Source of the DNA: Bacteroidota bacterium
GTDB taxonomy: Bacteria; Bacteroidota; Bacteroidia; Flavobacteriales_D; Sanyastnellaceae
NCBI GenBank assembly: GCA_039805165.1
Contig: JBDLUS010000191.1
Span: 1,500 to 65,499 of the forward strand
Direction of reading: 5' to 3'
Length of the DNA: 64,000 nucleotides
The position numbers and the translations under genes are program-made. Shown piece after piece: positions 36,692 to 45,534 of the stretch (position 1 is its first letter; every line of letters begins with the position of its first letter). The notes beneath the pieces were generated by a model. It was given only the letters and a program-made list of their open reading frames with translations. It was not told where the DNA came from and did no database searches.

Positions 36692-38050
36692 ATGAAAATA
36701 ATTTTTATTGCTTGGAAAAATTGCTGGCAAAAGGCAGGAGCAACCACCTTAACACTTTTGCTTTTGTCCTTTGGTGTGGGAATCATCTCTATGATGCTTC
36801 TGTTGGAAAATCAGTTAAGCGAGAAGTTCAACAAGAACATTAAGGACATTGATTTCGTTCTCGGCGCAAAAGGAAGTCCGCTTCAATTGATCTTGGCCAA
36901 TGTCTATCATATAGACGCACCAACCGGAAATATTAAAGTTTCAGAGGCCCAAAGAATCATTAAAAACCCAACAGTTAAAGAAGCCATTCCATTGGCTTAC
37001 GGAGATAATTACGAAGGTTGGAGAATCGTAGGAACCACACCGCGATATGCAGAGTTTTATGAAGTGAAGTTGAGAGAAGGGAAAGTGTTTGAAACACCTT
37101 TTGAAGTAACCGTTGGTTCTTATGCAGCGAAAGAATTGGGATTGAAATTGGGACAAACTTTCAAGAGCAACCACGGTTTAGACAAAGACGGAGAAGAGGA
37201 GGAAGGACACGACCAACTTTTTACTGTTGTTGGAATATATGAAGCTAGCGGAACGGTCATTGATCGTTTAATTCTAACACCAGTTGAATCCATCTGGGAA
37301 GTACACGATCACGGTGATCATGAAGAATCTCCGCACAATGCCATTGTTTCTGCAGAAGAACACGATGCAGAGGAACATGACGCTGAAGCGCATGCACATG
37401 CCGAAGACGAGCATGCTGCGGAACATGGACATGAAGATGATCACGAAGCTGAGCATACAGCAGAAGAGGAGGGGCATGATCACGAAGACGAACACATGCA
37501 TGAGGAGGAAAGAGAAGTGACGGCATATCTGCTTATTAAGCGTCTTCCAATGGCTCCAATGATTCTTCCGCAATTGGTGAAGAACACGAACATGCAATTG
37601 GCGTTGCCAGCCATTGAAATCAATCGATTGAATGAAAACTTCGGAATAGGAATGAGTGTAGTAAAGGCAGTTGCCATTCTAATCATGATTATATCCTTCT
37701 TAAGCGTTTTCATTTCGTTGTTCAACGCTTTACGTGAAAGACAATACGAGTTGGCTATCCTTCGAACGTTAGGTGGAAGAAGAATTCAATTGTTTATTTT
37801 GATTTTGTTGGAAGGTTTCTTCATGGTAGCTCTTGGATTAATCATCGGATTGGCTTTAAGCCGTGTCGGAATTACCATGCTTTCGGACATGGCGAAAGAC
37901 AGTTTCCACGACGAATTCAACGCTATGATTTTCCTTCCACAGGAATATTATTTAGTTGGAATAACGTTAGGTCTTGGTGTGGTGGCATCGTTGTTGCCTG
38001 CCTTGCGAGCGTTCTTTATGGACATTTCAAAAACACTTTCAAATGATTAA
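36692..38050 (+). CDS. FtsX/MacB-type ABC transporter permease with a His/Asp/Glu-rich periplasmic insertion
   Basis: 452 aa. TM1 is at residues about 17-38, followed by a large extracytoplasmic domain and three C-terminal TM helices (VVKAVAILIMIISFLSVFISLF, IQLFILILLEGFFMVALGLIIGLAL, LVGITLGLGVVASLLPAL). Residues 205-273 contain 17 His. Confidence 0.85.
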   Translation: MKIIFIAWKNCWQKAGATTLTLLLLSFGVGIISMMLLLENQLSEKFNKNIKDIDFVLGAKGSPLQLILANVYHIDAPTGNIKVSEAQRIIKNPTVKEAIPLAYGDNYEGWRIVGTTPRYAEFYEVKLREGKVFETPFEVTVGSYAAKELGLKLGQTFKSNHGLDKDGEEEEGHDQLFTVVGIYEASGTVIDRLILTPVESIWEVHDHGDHEESPHNAIVSAEEHDAEEHDAEAHAHAEDEHAAEHGHEDDHEAEHTAEEEGHDHEDEHMHEEEREVTAYLLIKRLPMAPMILPQLVKNTNMQLALPAIEINRLNENFGIGMSVVKAVAILIMIISFLSVFISLFNALRERQYELAILRTLGGRRIQLFILILLEGFFMVALGLIIGLALSRVGITMLSDMAKDSFHDEFNAMIFLPQEYYLVGITLGLGVVASLLPALRAFFMDISKTLSND

Positions 38051-38582
38051 GCCTATCAAATTTTTAGCTTTTATTTTTTCAGGAATTTTATTCTTGAATG
38101 CTTCCGAAGGAACCGAGAAGTTGAAAGCACACGCATACAAACGTGTAGAACTTGGAACGGTTCCAAGTACCATTGTTCCATACATTGCGGAAGGGCAGGG
38201 ACCTATAGAGATTACTTGGAAGACCTTGGCTGATGTGACTTACAAAGACATTTATGTAAAGGAATTGGATGCTTATTACTGGAAACCAACGTTCGGTGCT
38301 TCGTTGAAGGCTGTTGCCGGAAGAGAGGTTTATATTACTGGATATTTAATTCCTGTTGACTACGATGCGGGTTTCTATGTAGTATCGAAATACCCCTATG
38401 CAAACTGCTTCTTCTGCGGAGGCGGAGGTCCTGAGTCTGTTGTCGATTTGCGTTTTACAGGAAAACACCGAAACTATAAAACAGATGAACGCCTCACCTT
38501 TAAAGGAAAATTATCCTTGAATGCAGATGATGTGTATCAAATGAATTACATCTTAGAAGGAGCAACGGAATTCACTCCATAA
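38043..38582 (+). CDS. exported protein of unknown function (DUF3299-like layout), third gene of the ABC operon
   Basis: ORF 37974..38582. The start is probably at 38043 (MIKPIKFLAFIFSGILFLNA signal), overlapping the permease stop by 8 nt (ATGATTAA). The motif GYLIPVD...FYVVSKYPYANCFFCGGGGPESVVDL is present. Confidence 0.5.
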   Translation: MIKPIKFLAFIFSGILFLNASEGTEKLKAHAYKRVELGTVPSTIVPYIAEGQGPIEITWKTLADVTYKDIYVKELDAYYWKPTFGASLKAVAGREVYITGYLIPVDYDAGFYVVSKYPYANCFFCGGGGPESVVDLRFTGKHRNYKTDERLTFKGKLSLNADDVYQMNYILEGATEFTP

Positions 38583-38598
38583 TTTTTTATGTTGAAAT

Positions 38599-38628
38599 AA
38601 AAAAAGGCGACCATTGGTCGCCTTTTTT
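38599..38628. terminator. bidirectional terminator between the ABC operon and groEL
   Basis: Stem GGCGACC (38606-38612) pairs with GGTCGCC (38616-38622) around loop ATT. It is flanked by an A7 run and a T6 run. Confidence 0.75.
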
Positions 38629-38646
38629 GTTGGTCTATGTTTGGAA

Positions 38647-40281
<1,635 letters not shown>

Positions 40282-40295
40282 CTAAAATTTAATAA

Positions 40296-40571
40296 TTAAA
40301 CTATTGCAAAAATGTCCGACTCGCGCATGATCAAAAGATCTTTTCCGTCTACGCTAATCTCTGTTCCAGCATACTTGCCGTATAAAATTGTGTCTCCTGG
40401 TTGAACCGTTGTTGGCTCATCTTTTTTACCAGGTCCAACAGCGATTACAGTTCCTCTTTGTGGTTTTTCTTTCGCTGTTTCAGGGATAATGATTCCTGAA
40501 AGAGTAGTGGTTTCAGCAGCAGCTGGCTCTACCAAAACGCGATCTCCTAATGGTCTAACGTTATTTGACAT
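40296..40571 (-). CDS. groS: co-chaperonin GroES
   Basis: 91 aa, with [11 protein letters not shown] at the N-terminus and [13 protein letters not shown] near the C-terminus. Confidence 0.97.
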   Translation of the reverse strand: MSNNVRPLGDRVLVEPAAAETTTLSGIIIPETAKEKPQRGTVIAVGPGKKDEPTTVQPGDTILYGKYAGTEISVDGKDLLIMRESDIFAIV

Positions 40572-40664
40572 GTTTGTTTGTTTTTATGTTTGTTCCCGTC
40601 GAAGTCACTATTTGTGCCAAGCGGGAATTTGATTCTAATGTGTGAACTTTCGTCAGTAAAGGGC

Positions 40665-40698
40665 AAAAAAAATGTCAGTAGTTTGAATTACTGACATT
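40665..40698 (-). terminator. rho-independent terminator after secG
   Basis: A 10-bp stem AATGTCAGTA (40671-40680) pairs with TACTGACATT (40689-40698). An 8-T run follows on the minus strand. Confidence 0.75.
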
Positions 40699-40719
40699 CT
40701 TAAAATGCTATTGTGACAA

Positions 40720-41028
40720 TTATTGTCCTTGTTGCTGGTCTCCACCCTGTTGTTGGCCACCTTCAGCTTGTTCAGTTTGTTGTTCTTCTTCTGTTGCAGG
40801 ACGAGCAGAAGTTGAAAGGCTTGTAGAAGCTAAGCAAAGCACAAAAAGCGCAATACCTAAATACCAAGTTGCTTTTTCTAAGAAGTCTGCTGTGCGCTTA
40901 ACTCCACCAATTTGAGCACTTCCAGCGAAGCCAGATGACAATCCACCGCCTTTAGGGTTCTGAATTAATACTACTAATCCAAGCAATAGTGCTGCGATGA
41001 CAATTAAAACGGTTACGATAAATTCCAT
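40720..41028 (-). CDS. secG: preprotein translocase subunit SecG with a Gln/Glu-rich C-terminal tail
   Basis: 102 aa. The N-terminus is MEFIVTVLIVIAALLLGLVVLIQNPKGGGLSSGFAGS and a second TM helix follows. The tail is ATEEEQQTEQAEGGQQQGGDQQQGQ. Confidence 0.85.
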   Translation of the reverse strand: MEFIVTVLIVIAALLLGLVVLIQNPKGGGLSSGFAGSAQIGGVKRTADFLEKATWYLGIALFVLCLASTSLSTSARPATEEEQQTEQAEGGQQQGGDQQQGQ

Positions 41029-41091
41029 GATCTATTAAAATTTGAGGTCCACAAAGATACACGAATTAAAGGAGTTACAAAGGAACATCCT

Positions 41092-42183
41092 TTATTTTCT
41101 TTGGTTCAAGGCTTTCAATTGATTTTCGAAATGTATTTTCTTCTCTGGATGAAGTTCGATCAATCGTTTATAGGCCTTTCTAGCACGATCTATTTTTCCT
41201 TGCGCAGCATAGAGTTTAGCCATAGTCTCGGTTACCCAATCAAAGTTTTCTTCTAAACTTTCCTTCGCGAAACTTACGCCGGTATATTGCTCCACTTTAC
41301 CAGGAGTAATGCGCGGCTCTGTGGCAATGAATTTTTCTATCAAGTCTATCGAAGGCTGCACAGATTCATTAGAATTTCTTCCCTCATCTTCCCATCTCTT
41401 ATCCTCTCTTAACTCTTCTTTTACCTCATCTTTTTCGTCTGCATCACTCACACTCCTCAGCCAAGTGAACAAAGCCTCGTTCTCTCCATTCTCCGAAGGA
41501 CCTTGCTCAACATCTTTCGCAGAATCTTGCCCTGCATCTTTTTCATCCTCCTCTTCGGTTTCACTCACCTCAAGGAAAATAGAACTCGCAACGGCAGTTG
41601 CTAAAATTGACTTATCTAAAAAATCTAAATCAGTTACTTCTTCTTGTCTTCCCTTTTCTTCCCCTCTCTTATCTTCTCTTACCTCCAGTTCTACCTTTTC
41701 TTCCCCTCTCTTATCTTCTCTTACCTCTAGTTCTTCCCCTCTCTTATCTTCTCTTACCTCTTGCTCTTCCCCTCTCTTATCTCCTCTTACCTCTTGTCTT
41801 ACCTCTTCATCCATCATCGATGCAGCTAATTCAGCCAGAGAACTGGAACTAGGCACTTTGCTTGGCGCAACTTCGACAACGATTTCCGGAATAATTTCGG
41901 TTGGAAGGGTATCGGCAATTTCAGTCTGAGATTGCTTCTTAAGGATAGGCTCCTTCAAAAAACCGTACAGCCATGTTCTATTGGAATGAAGGGTAGAGGC
42001 TAATGCTATTTGTCCGGAAGTCTTGTGACTTTTATTTTCCTGATATGCTTTCGCTAAATACGAATGCGCTAAACTGAACCAAGGATAGTTTTTAGTAATG
42101 TCTTCCAATTCTTCAATAGGCATAGAAGCCAGCAAATGTGGCGACTTCAGAAGCTCATTGAAGGGTGTGTTTTTCATTACCAA
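41092..42183 (-). CDS. hypothetical protein with a charged 11-aa tandem repeat and a TPR-like C-terminus
   Basis: 363 aa. The central region reads EVRGDKRGEEQ-EVREDKRGEEL-EVREDKRGEEKVEL-EVREDKRGEEKG. The C-terminus reads AKLYAAQGKIDRARKAYKRLIELHPEK. Confidence 0.6.
   Translation of the reverse strand: MVMKNTPFNELLKSPHLLASMPIEELEDITKNYPWFSLAHSYLAKAYQENKSHKTSGQIALASTLHSNRTWLYGFLKEPILKKQSQTEIADTLPTEIIPEIVVEVAPSKVPSSSSLAELAASMMDEEVRQEVRGDKRGEEQEVREDKRGEELEVREDKRGEEKVELEVREDKRGEEKGRQEEVTDLDFLDKSILATAVASSIFLEVSETEEEDEKDAGQDSAKDVEQGPSENGENEALFTWLRSVSDADEKDEVKEELREDKRWEDEGRNSNESVQPSIDLIEKFIATEPRITPGKVEQYTGVSFAKESLEENFDWVTETMAKLYAAQGKIDRARKAYKRLIELHPEKKIHFENQLKALNQRK
41656..41793 (-). repeat. in-frame tandem repeat, four copies of a roughly 30-nt core (periods 42, 33, 33 nt)
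   Basis: The plus-strand core TTCTTCCCCTCTCTTATCTTCTCTTACCTC starts at 41656, 41698, 41731 and 41764 (the last copy has 2 changes). A degenerate extra copy lies near 41378-41415 (ELREDKRWEDEGR). Confidence 0.85.
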
Positions 42184-42677
42184 TTTCCTACACTAGCGTT
42201 ATAAATTTCTTGCGCAAGCTGATCGTTGATCTGCTTCCATAAATCTTCCTGAACCGCAAATAAACTTTCCGTTGCAGAGAAGTCCGCGAATTTCGTGAAT
42301 GATTTCTCGAAATTCAAATCTGGCTCGAGTGTATTCGTGTATTTTATTTTTACAGTAATGGAAAGGCGAGTCAATGAAGCGGTTTCATTGCTCTGAATGG
42401 CCATAGGTGCCACAACATAATTGGTTACGCTTCCTTCAAACTGTAAATCACCGTTTGTCTCACTTAATGAAAGCGGACTTTGAGAAAGCATGACATCCTT
42501 TAGTTCTTCCGTTAATCGTTGCGAGTAAGTTGGAGAAGCCAAAGCGGTTTGAGGCTTTAAATAGGAAACCGAAAAAGTTTTTGCTCCGCTGAATTGCCCG
42601 CCACTAAAGGAGTATCTTATTTCACACGAAGTGAAAAGAAGCACTACAAGCAGTAATCCGAAGAGTTTAAATTTCAT
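42177..42677 (-). CDS. lptE: LptE-like outer-membrane lipoprotein
   Basis: 166 aa with the lipoprotein signal LLFTSCEIRYSFSGG. Size and position (between the sigma-54 activator and secG) follow an arrangement I recall as conserved in flavobacteria. The assignment is contextual. Confidence 0.5.
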   Translation of the reverse strand: MKFKLFGLLLVVLLFTSCEIRYSFSGGQFSGAKTFSVSYLKPQTALASPTYSQRLTEELKDVMLSQSPLSLSETNGDLQFEGSVTNYVVAPMAIQSNETASLTRLSITVKIKYTNTLEPDLNFEKSFTKFADFSATESLFAVQEDLWKQINDQLAQEIYNASVGNW

Positions 42678-43903
42678 TTTCCTAAATCGTATTCCTTAAT
42701 TTTTCTGTACAAGGTGCGCTCTGAAATTCCAAGTTCTTGTGCGGCATATTTGCGTCGGTTTCTGTGTTTTTGAAGAGCCTTTTTAATTAAGTCCTTTTCT
42801 GTTTGACTCAATGAAAGTGATTCTTCAACTTCCTCTTCATCGGTGCTGCTTCCGCTTCCCAAATGTATGATATTACTTGGAGCATTCACGCGAACGGGTA
42901 AATCTGAATTTTCATGTTCTTCCGCTTGAAAAACTTTTTGAAAAAGCGCCGCGTTTTCATCTGAGTTTACGAAGTTGCTTCCACCTTGAATCATGCCCAA
43001 GACTAGCTTTTTCAAATCGGTTAGGTCATTCCGCATGTCGAATAAGACCTTATATAAAATTTCACGTTCGCTGAAGTCATTGCCCGAATTTCCACCCATG
43101 TAAACAGGTTTGTTCGTGGCCATGTCTTGCGGTAAATAGCGAATCAGCAACTCGGGCGAAACAATGCGGTCTGTCTCTAGAATACTAATCTGCTCAGTAA
43201 TGTTTTTAAGTTGGCGAATATTCCCCGGCCAGCGATATTCTCTTAATGCATTGGCTCCTGAATCTGTTAATTGTAGAACAGGAATGCGATAGCGCTCTGC
43301 AAAATCAGTTGCGAACTTTTTGAACAACAACTCAATGTCAGCGCCTCTTTCACGCAACGAAGGCATGAAGATGGGTACCTGATTCAAACGGTAATAGAGA
43401 TCGTCACGAAATTTTCCGTTTTGAATGGCTTGCGCGAAATTCACATTGGTTGCAGCAACTACGCGCACATTCGTCTTTTGAACTTTTGAAGAACCCACGC
43501 GAATGAATTCACCCGTTTCCAAAACACGAAGCAGACGCACCTGCGTTCCTAAAGGAAGTTCAGCAACTTCATCTAAAAATATAGTCCCCTCATTGGCCTC
43601 TTCGAAATATCCTTTACGGCTTTCATGGGCTCCTGTAAAAGAGCCTTTTTCATGACCGAATAATTCGCTGTCGATTGTCCCTTCCGGAATAGCTCCACAG
43701 TTCACAGCGATATACGGTCCGTGTTTCCTTGAGCTTAAATGATGAATAATCTTCGGAATGCTTTCCTTCCCCACGCCACTCTCACCTGTAATTAAAACAG
43801 ACATGTTTGTAGCGGCAACCTGCATAGCAATATCCAATGCGCGATTTAGCGCAGGGGCATTGCCAATAATTCCATAGCGTGTTTTTACTGATTGAATTTC
43901 CAT
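42674..43903 (-). CDS. sigma-54-dependent transcriptional activator (AAA+ plus Fis-type HTH) without a receiver or sensor domain
   Basis: 409 aa. The AAA+ domain begins at about residue 10. Walker A is GESGVGKE, the GAFTGA-type loop is GSFTGA and Walker B is IFLDEV. The C-terminal HTH is AAQELGISERTLYRKIKEY. An ATGA overlap joins it to the lptE-like gene. Confidence 0.9.
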   Translation of the reverse strand: MEIQSVKTRYGIIGNAPALNRALDIAMQVAATNMSVLITGESGVGKESIPKIIHHLSSRKHGPYIAVNCGAIPEGTIDSELFGHEKGSFTGAHESRKGYFEEANEGTIFLDEVAELPLGTQVRLLRVLETGEFIRVGSSKVQKTNVRVVAATNVNFAQAIQNGKFRDDLYYRLNQVPIFMPSLRERGADIELLFKKFATDFAERYRIPVLQLTDSGANALREYRWPGNIRQLKNITEQISILETDRIVSPELLIRYLPQDMATNKPVYMGGNSGNDFSEREILYKVLFDMRNDLTDLKKLVLGMIQGGSNFVNSDENAALFQKVFQAEEHENSDLPVRVNAPSNIIHLGSGSSTDEEEVEESLSLSQTEKDLIKKALQKHRNRRKYAAQELGISERTLYRKIKEYDLGK

Positions 43904-43928
43904 AATTGCCGTTTAGTCAAGAACTAAA

Positions 43929-43936
43929 CAAAGGTA
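43929..43936 (-). promoter_or_regulatory. candidate -7 promoter box (TACCTTTG) for the activator-lptE-like operon
   Basis: Perfect TAnnTTTG on the minus strand, 25 nt upstream of the ATG at 43903. Confidence 0.35.
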
Positions 43937-43968
43937 GCGTAAGGTGACATTCTGTCACACTAAAAAAA

Positions 43969-45405
43969 TTAATCGATGTAAGTCTCGATTTCTCCGATTA
44001 AGGTCACTGCGGTAGCAGAAAGTGCATTTACCCAAACATATTGACCAATTTTCGCTTCTTTTTTCGAAAAAACCACTACAACGTTCTGTGTATTGCGTCC
44101 GTAAAAGTGTTCTTGCGATTTTTTAGAAATGCCCTCAACTAAGACTTTATGTCGCTTACCTACGTGCGCGGCTGTTCTTTCTGCTACACAAGACATGTGC
44201 ATGTCTATGATTTCGTTCAGGCGTTTGCTTTTCACTTCTTCCGAGACATTGTCTTCGAATTTTCTTTCGGCCAAGGTGCGCGGTCTTTCGGAATATTTGA
44301 ACATGTAGGCCATATCGTAGCGCACTTCCGCCATGAGCGAAAGCGTGTCTGCATGTTCTTCTTCTGTTTCATCGCAGAAGCCTGCAATCACGTCTGTACT
44401 AATTGCACATTCAGGCATGTACTTGCGAATAGCTGCAATGCGATCGAGATACCATTCGCGAGAATACCCGCGGTTCATGCGCTTCAATACATCTGTGTTT
44501 CCACTTTGAACAGGCAAGTGTATGTAATCGCAGATGTTTTCATATTTCGCCATGGTGATAAGCACTTCATCGGTCATGTCTTTCGGATGACTGGTAGAGA
44601 AGCGAACGCGCAGGCTTGGACTTACTTCAGCAACAGCGGCAAGAAGTTGAGCGAAATTTACGGTTGGTTCATTCGGATCAACGATTTCTCCTTTTGCTGT
44701 GATGTTCCATTTGTAACTATCTACGTTTTGACCGAGAAGGGTAACCTCTCGATAGCCGCGATTGAAAAGATCCGTAGCTTCTTCAACAATGGTTTTAGGA
44801 TCGCGGCTGCGTTCTCTTCCGCGTGTGAATGGAACTACACAAAAGGAACACATGTTGTCGCATCCGCGCATAATTGAGATAAACGCAGTTACACCGTTAC
44901 TGTCTAAACGAACAGGGGTAATTTCGGCGTACGTTTCTTCACGGCTAAGCAAAACGTTTATGGCTTTGCTTCCGTGTTCAACCTGAGAAACGAGTCGAGG
45001 TAAATCGCGGTAGGCATCTGGACCCACCACCATGTCTACGAGTTTCTCTTCTTCCATGAGTTTTTCTCGCAAACGCTCGGCCATACAGCCAAGTACGCCA
45101 ACAACCATTTCAGGTTTGCGTTTCTTTACTGAATTCAAAAATTCAAGTCTTCCGCGAATGCGTTGTTCTGCGTTATCGCGAATGGCGCAAGTGTTTAGGA
45201 GCACAAGATCTGCTTCTTCAACATCGCGTGTTGTGGTGAATCCTTCTTGCGCCATAATAGAGGCTACAATTTCAGAATCTGCAAAATTCATTTGGCAACC
45301 GTAACTCTCGAGCAACAGTTTTTTTTGCGCGCCATTCTGATTTATGGGAGTCGAAATTTCAAAAAATTCGCCCTGTCTTGTCTCGTCAATTTGTTTTTCT
45401 TCCAC
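43969..45405 (-). CDS. miaB: tRNA-2-methylthio-N6-dimethylallyladenosine synthase
   Basis: 478 aa. [12 protein letters not shown] marks the UPF0004 domain, the radical-SAM cluster is [11 protein letters not shown] and a C-terminal TRAM domain is present. Confidence 0.93.
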   Translation of the reverse strand: MEEKQIDETRQGEFFEISTPINQNGAQKKLLLESYGCQMNFADSEIVASIMAQEGFTTTRDVEEADLVLLNTCAIRDNAEQRIRGRLEFLNSVKKRKPEMVVGVLGCMAERLREKLMEEEKLVDMVVGPDAYRDLPRLVSQVEHGSKAINVLLSREETYAEITPVRLDSNGVTAFISIMRGCDNMCSFCVVPFTRGRERSRDPKTIVEEATDLFNRGYREVTLLGQNVDSYKWNITAKGEIVDPNEPTVNFAQLLAAVAEVSPSLRVRFSTSHPKDMTDEVLITMAKYENICDYIHLPVQSGNTDVLKRMNRGYSREWYLDRIAAIRKYMPECAISTDVIAGFCDETEEEHADTLSLMAEVRYDMAYMFKYSERPRTLAERKFEDNVSEEVKSKRLNEIIDMHMSCVAERTAAHVGKRHKVLVEGISKKSQEHFYGRNTQNVVVVFSKKEAKIGQYVWVNALSATAVTLIGEIETYID

Positions 45406-45431
45406 AGTGTCTGGCTGTTTTGATTAGTGTG

Positions 45432-45439
45432 CAAAAATA
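45432..45439 (-). promoter_or_regulatory. candidate -7 promoter box (TATTTTTG) for miaB
   Basis: Perfect TAnnTTTG on the minus strand, 26 nt upstream of the ATG at 45405. The same 11-mer GTGCAAAAATA occurs at the 12397-12407 candidate promoter. Confidence 0.4.
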
Positions 45440-45441
45440 AT

Positions 45442-45459
45442 CTATTTCTATAGAAATAG
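45442..45459. promoter_or_regulatory. perfect 18-bp palindrome CTATTTCTATAGAAATAG, candidate operator
   Basis: Read directly from the sequence. It lies 2 nt upstream of the miaB -7 box, within that promoter's spacer region, in the miaB/topA divergent intergenic region. Confidence 0.4.
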
Positions 45460-45506
45460 CATATATAATCGCATAACCAATTTGGAGACTAACGAATAAA
45501 TGCATA

Positions 45507-45514
45507 TACCTTTG
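45507..45514 (+). promoter_or_regulatory. candidate -7 promoter box (TACCTTTG) for topA, with a TTTG -33 element at 45481-45484
   Basis: Perfect TAnnTTTG, 20 nt upstream of the ATG at 45535. A TTTG lies 22 nt upstream of the box. Confidence 0.45.
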
Positions 45515-45534
45515 CCGCAATTCAAAAACAAAAT

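Noticed and set aside
37257-37597. Three overlapping ORFs (89, 107 and 78 aa; two minus-strand, one plus-strand) across the His-rich segment
   Set aside because: They are artefacts of the GAR/CAY-rich repeat composition. The permease frame is continuous with bona fide FtsX TM helices on both sides.
40604-40620. Sigma-54-like element TTGGCACAAATAGTGAC upstream of groES (minus strand)
   Set aside because: The -24 half (TGGCAC) is perfect and the spacing is right. However, the -12 half reads GTGA instead of TTGC, which loses the essential GC dinucleotide. I cannot support a sigma-54 promoter call, although it would be worth a position-weight-matrix score given the nearby activator gene.
41656-41793. 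Possible CRISPR-like or non-coding repeat array
   Set aside because: The units are contiguous with no unique spacers. Every period is a multiple of 3 and the array lies inside one open reading frame, so it is a coding tandem repeat.
41309-41929. 206-aa Ser/Leu-rich plus-strand ORF (and the 84-aa ORF at 41598..41852) across the tandem repeat
   Set aside because: These ORFs arise from the stop-free reverse frame of the purine-rich repeat. The minus-strand frame continues into conserved-looking N- and C-terminal domains and fits the operon.
44149-44877. 242-aa plus-strand ORF inside miaB
   Set aside because: It is antisense to a radical-SAM gene with clear motifs. Its translation is Phe/Cys/His rich with no domain pattern, so it is a typical shadow ORF.
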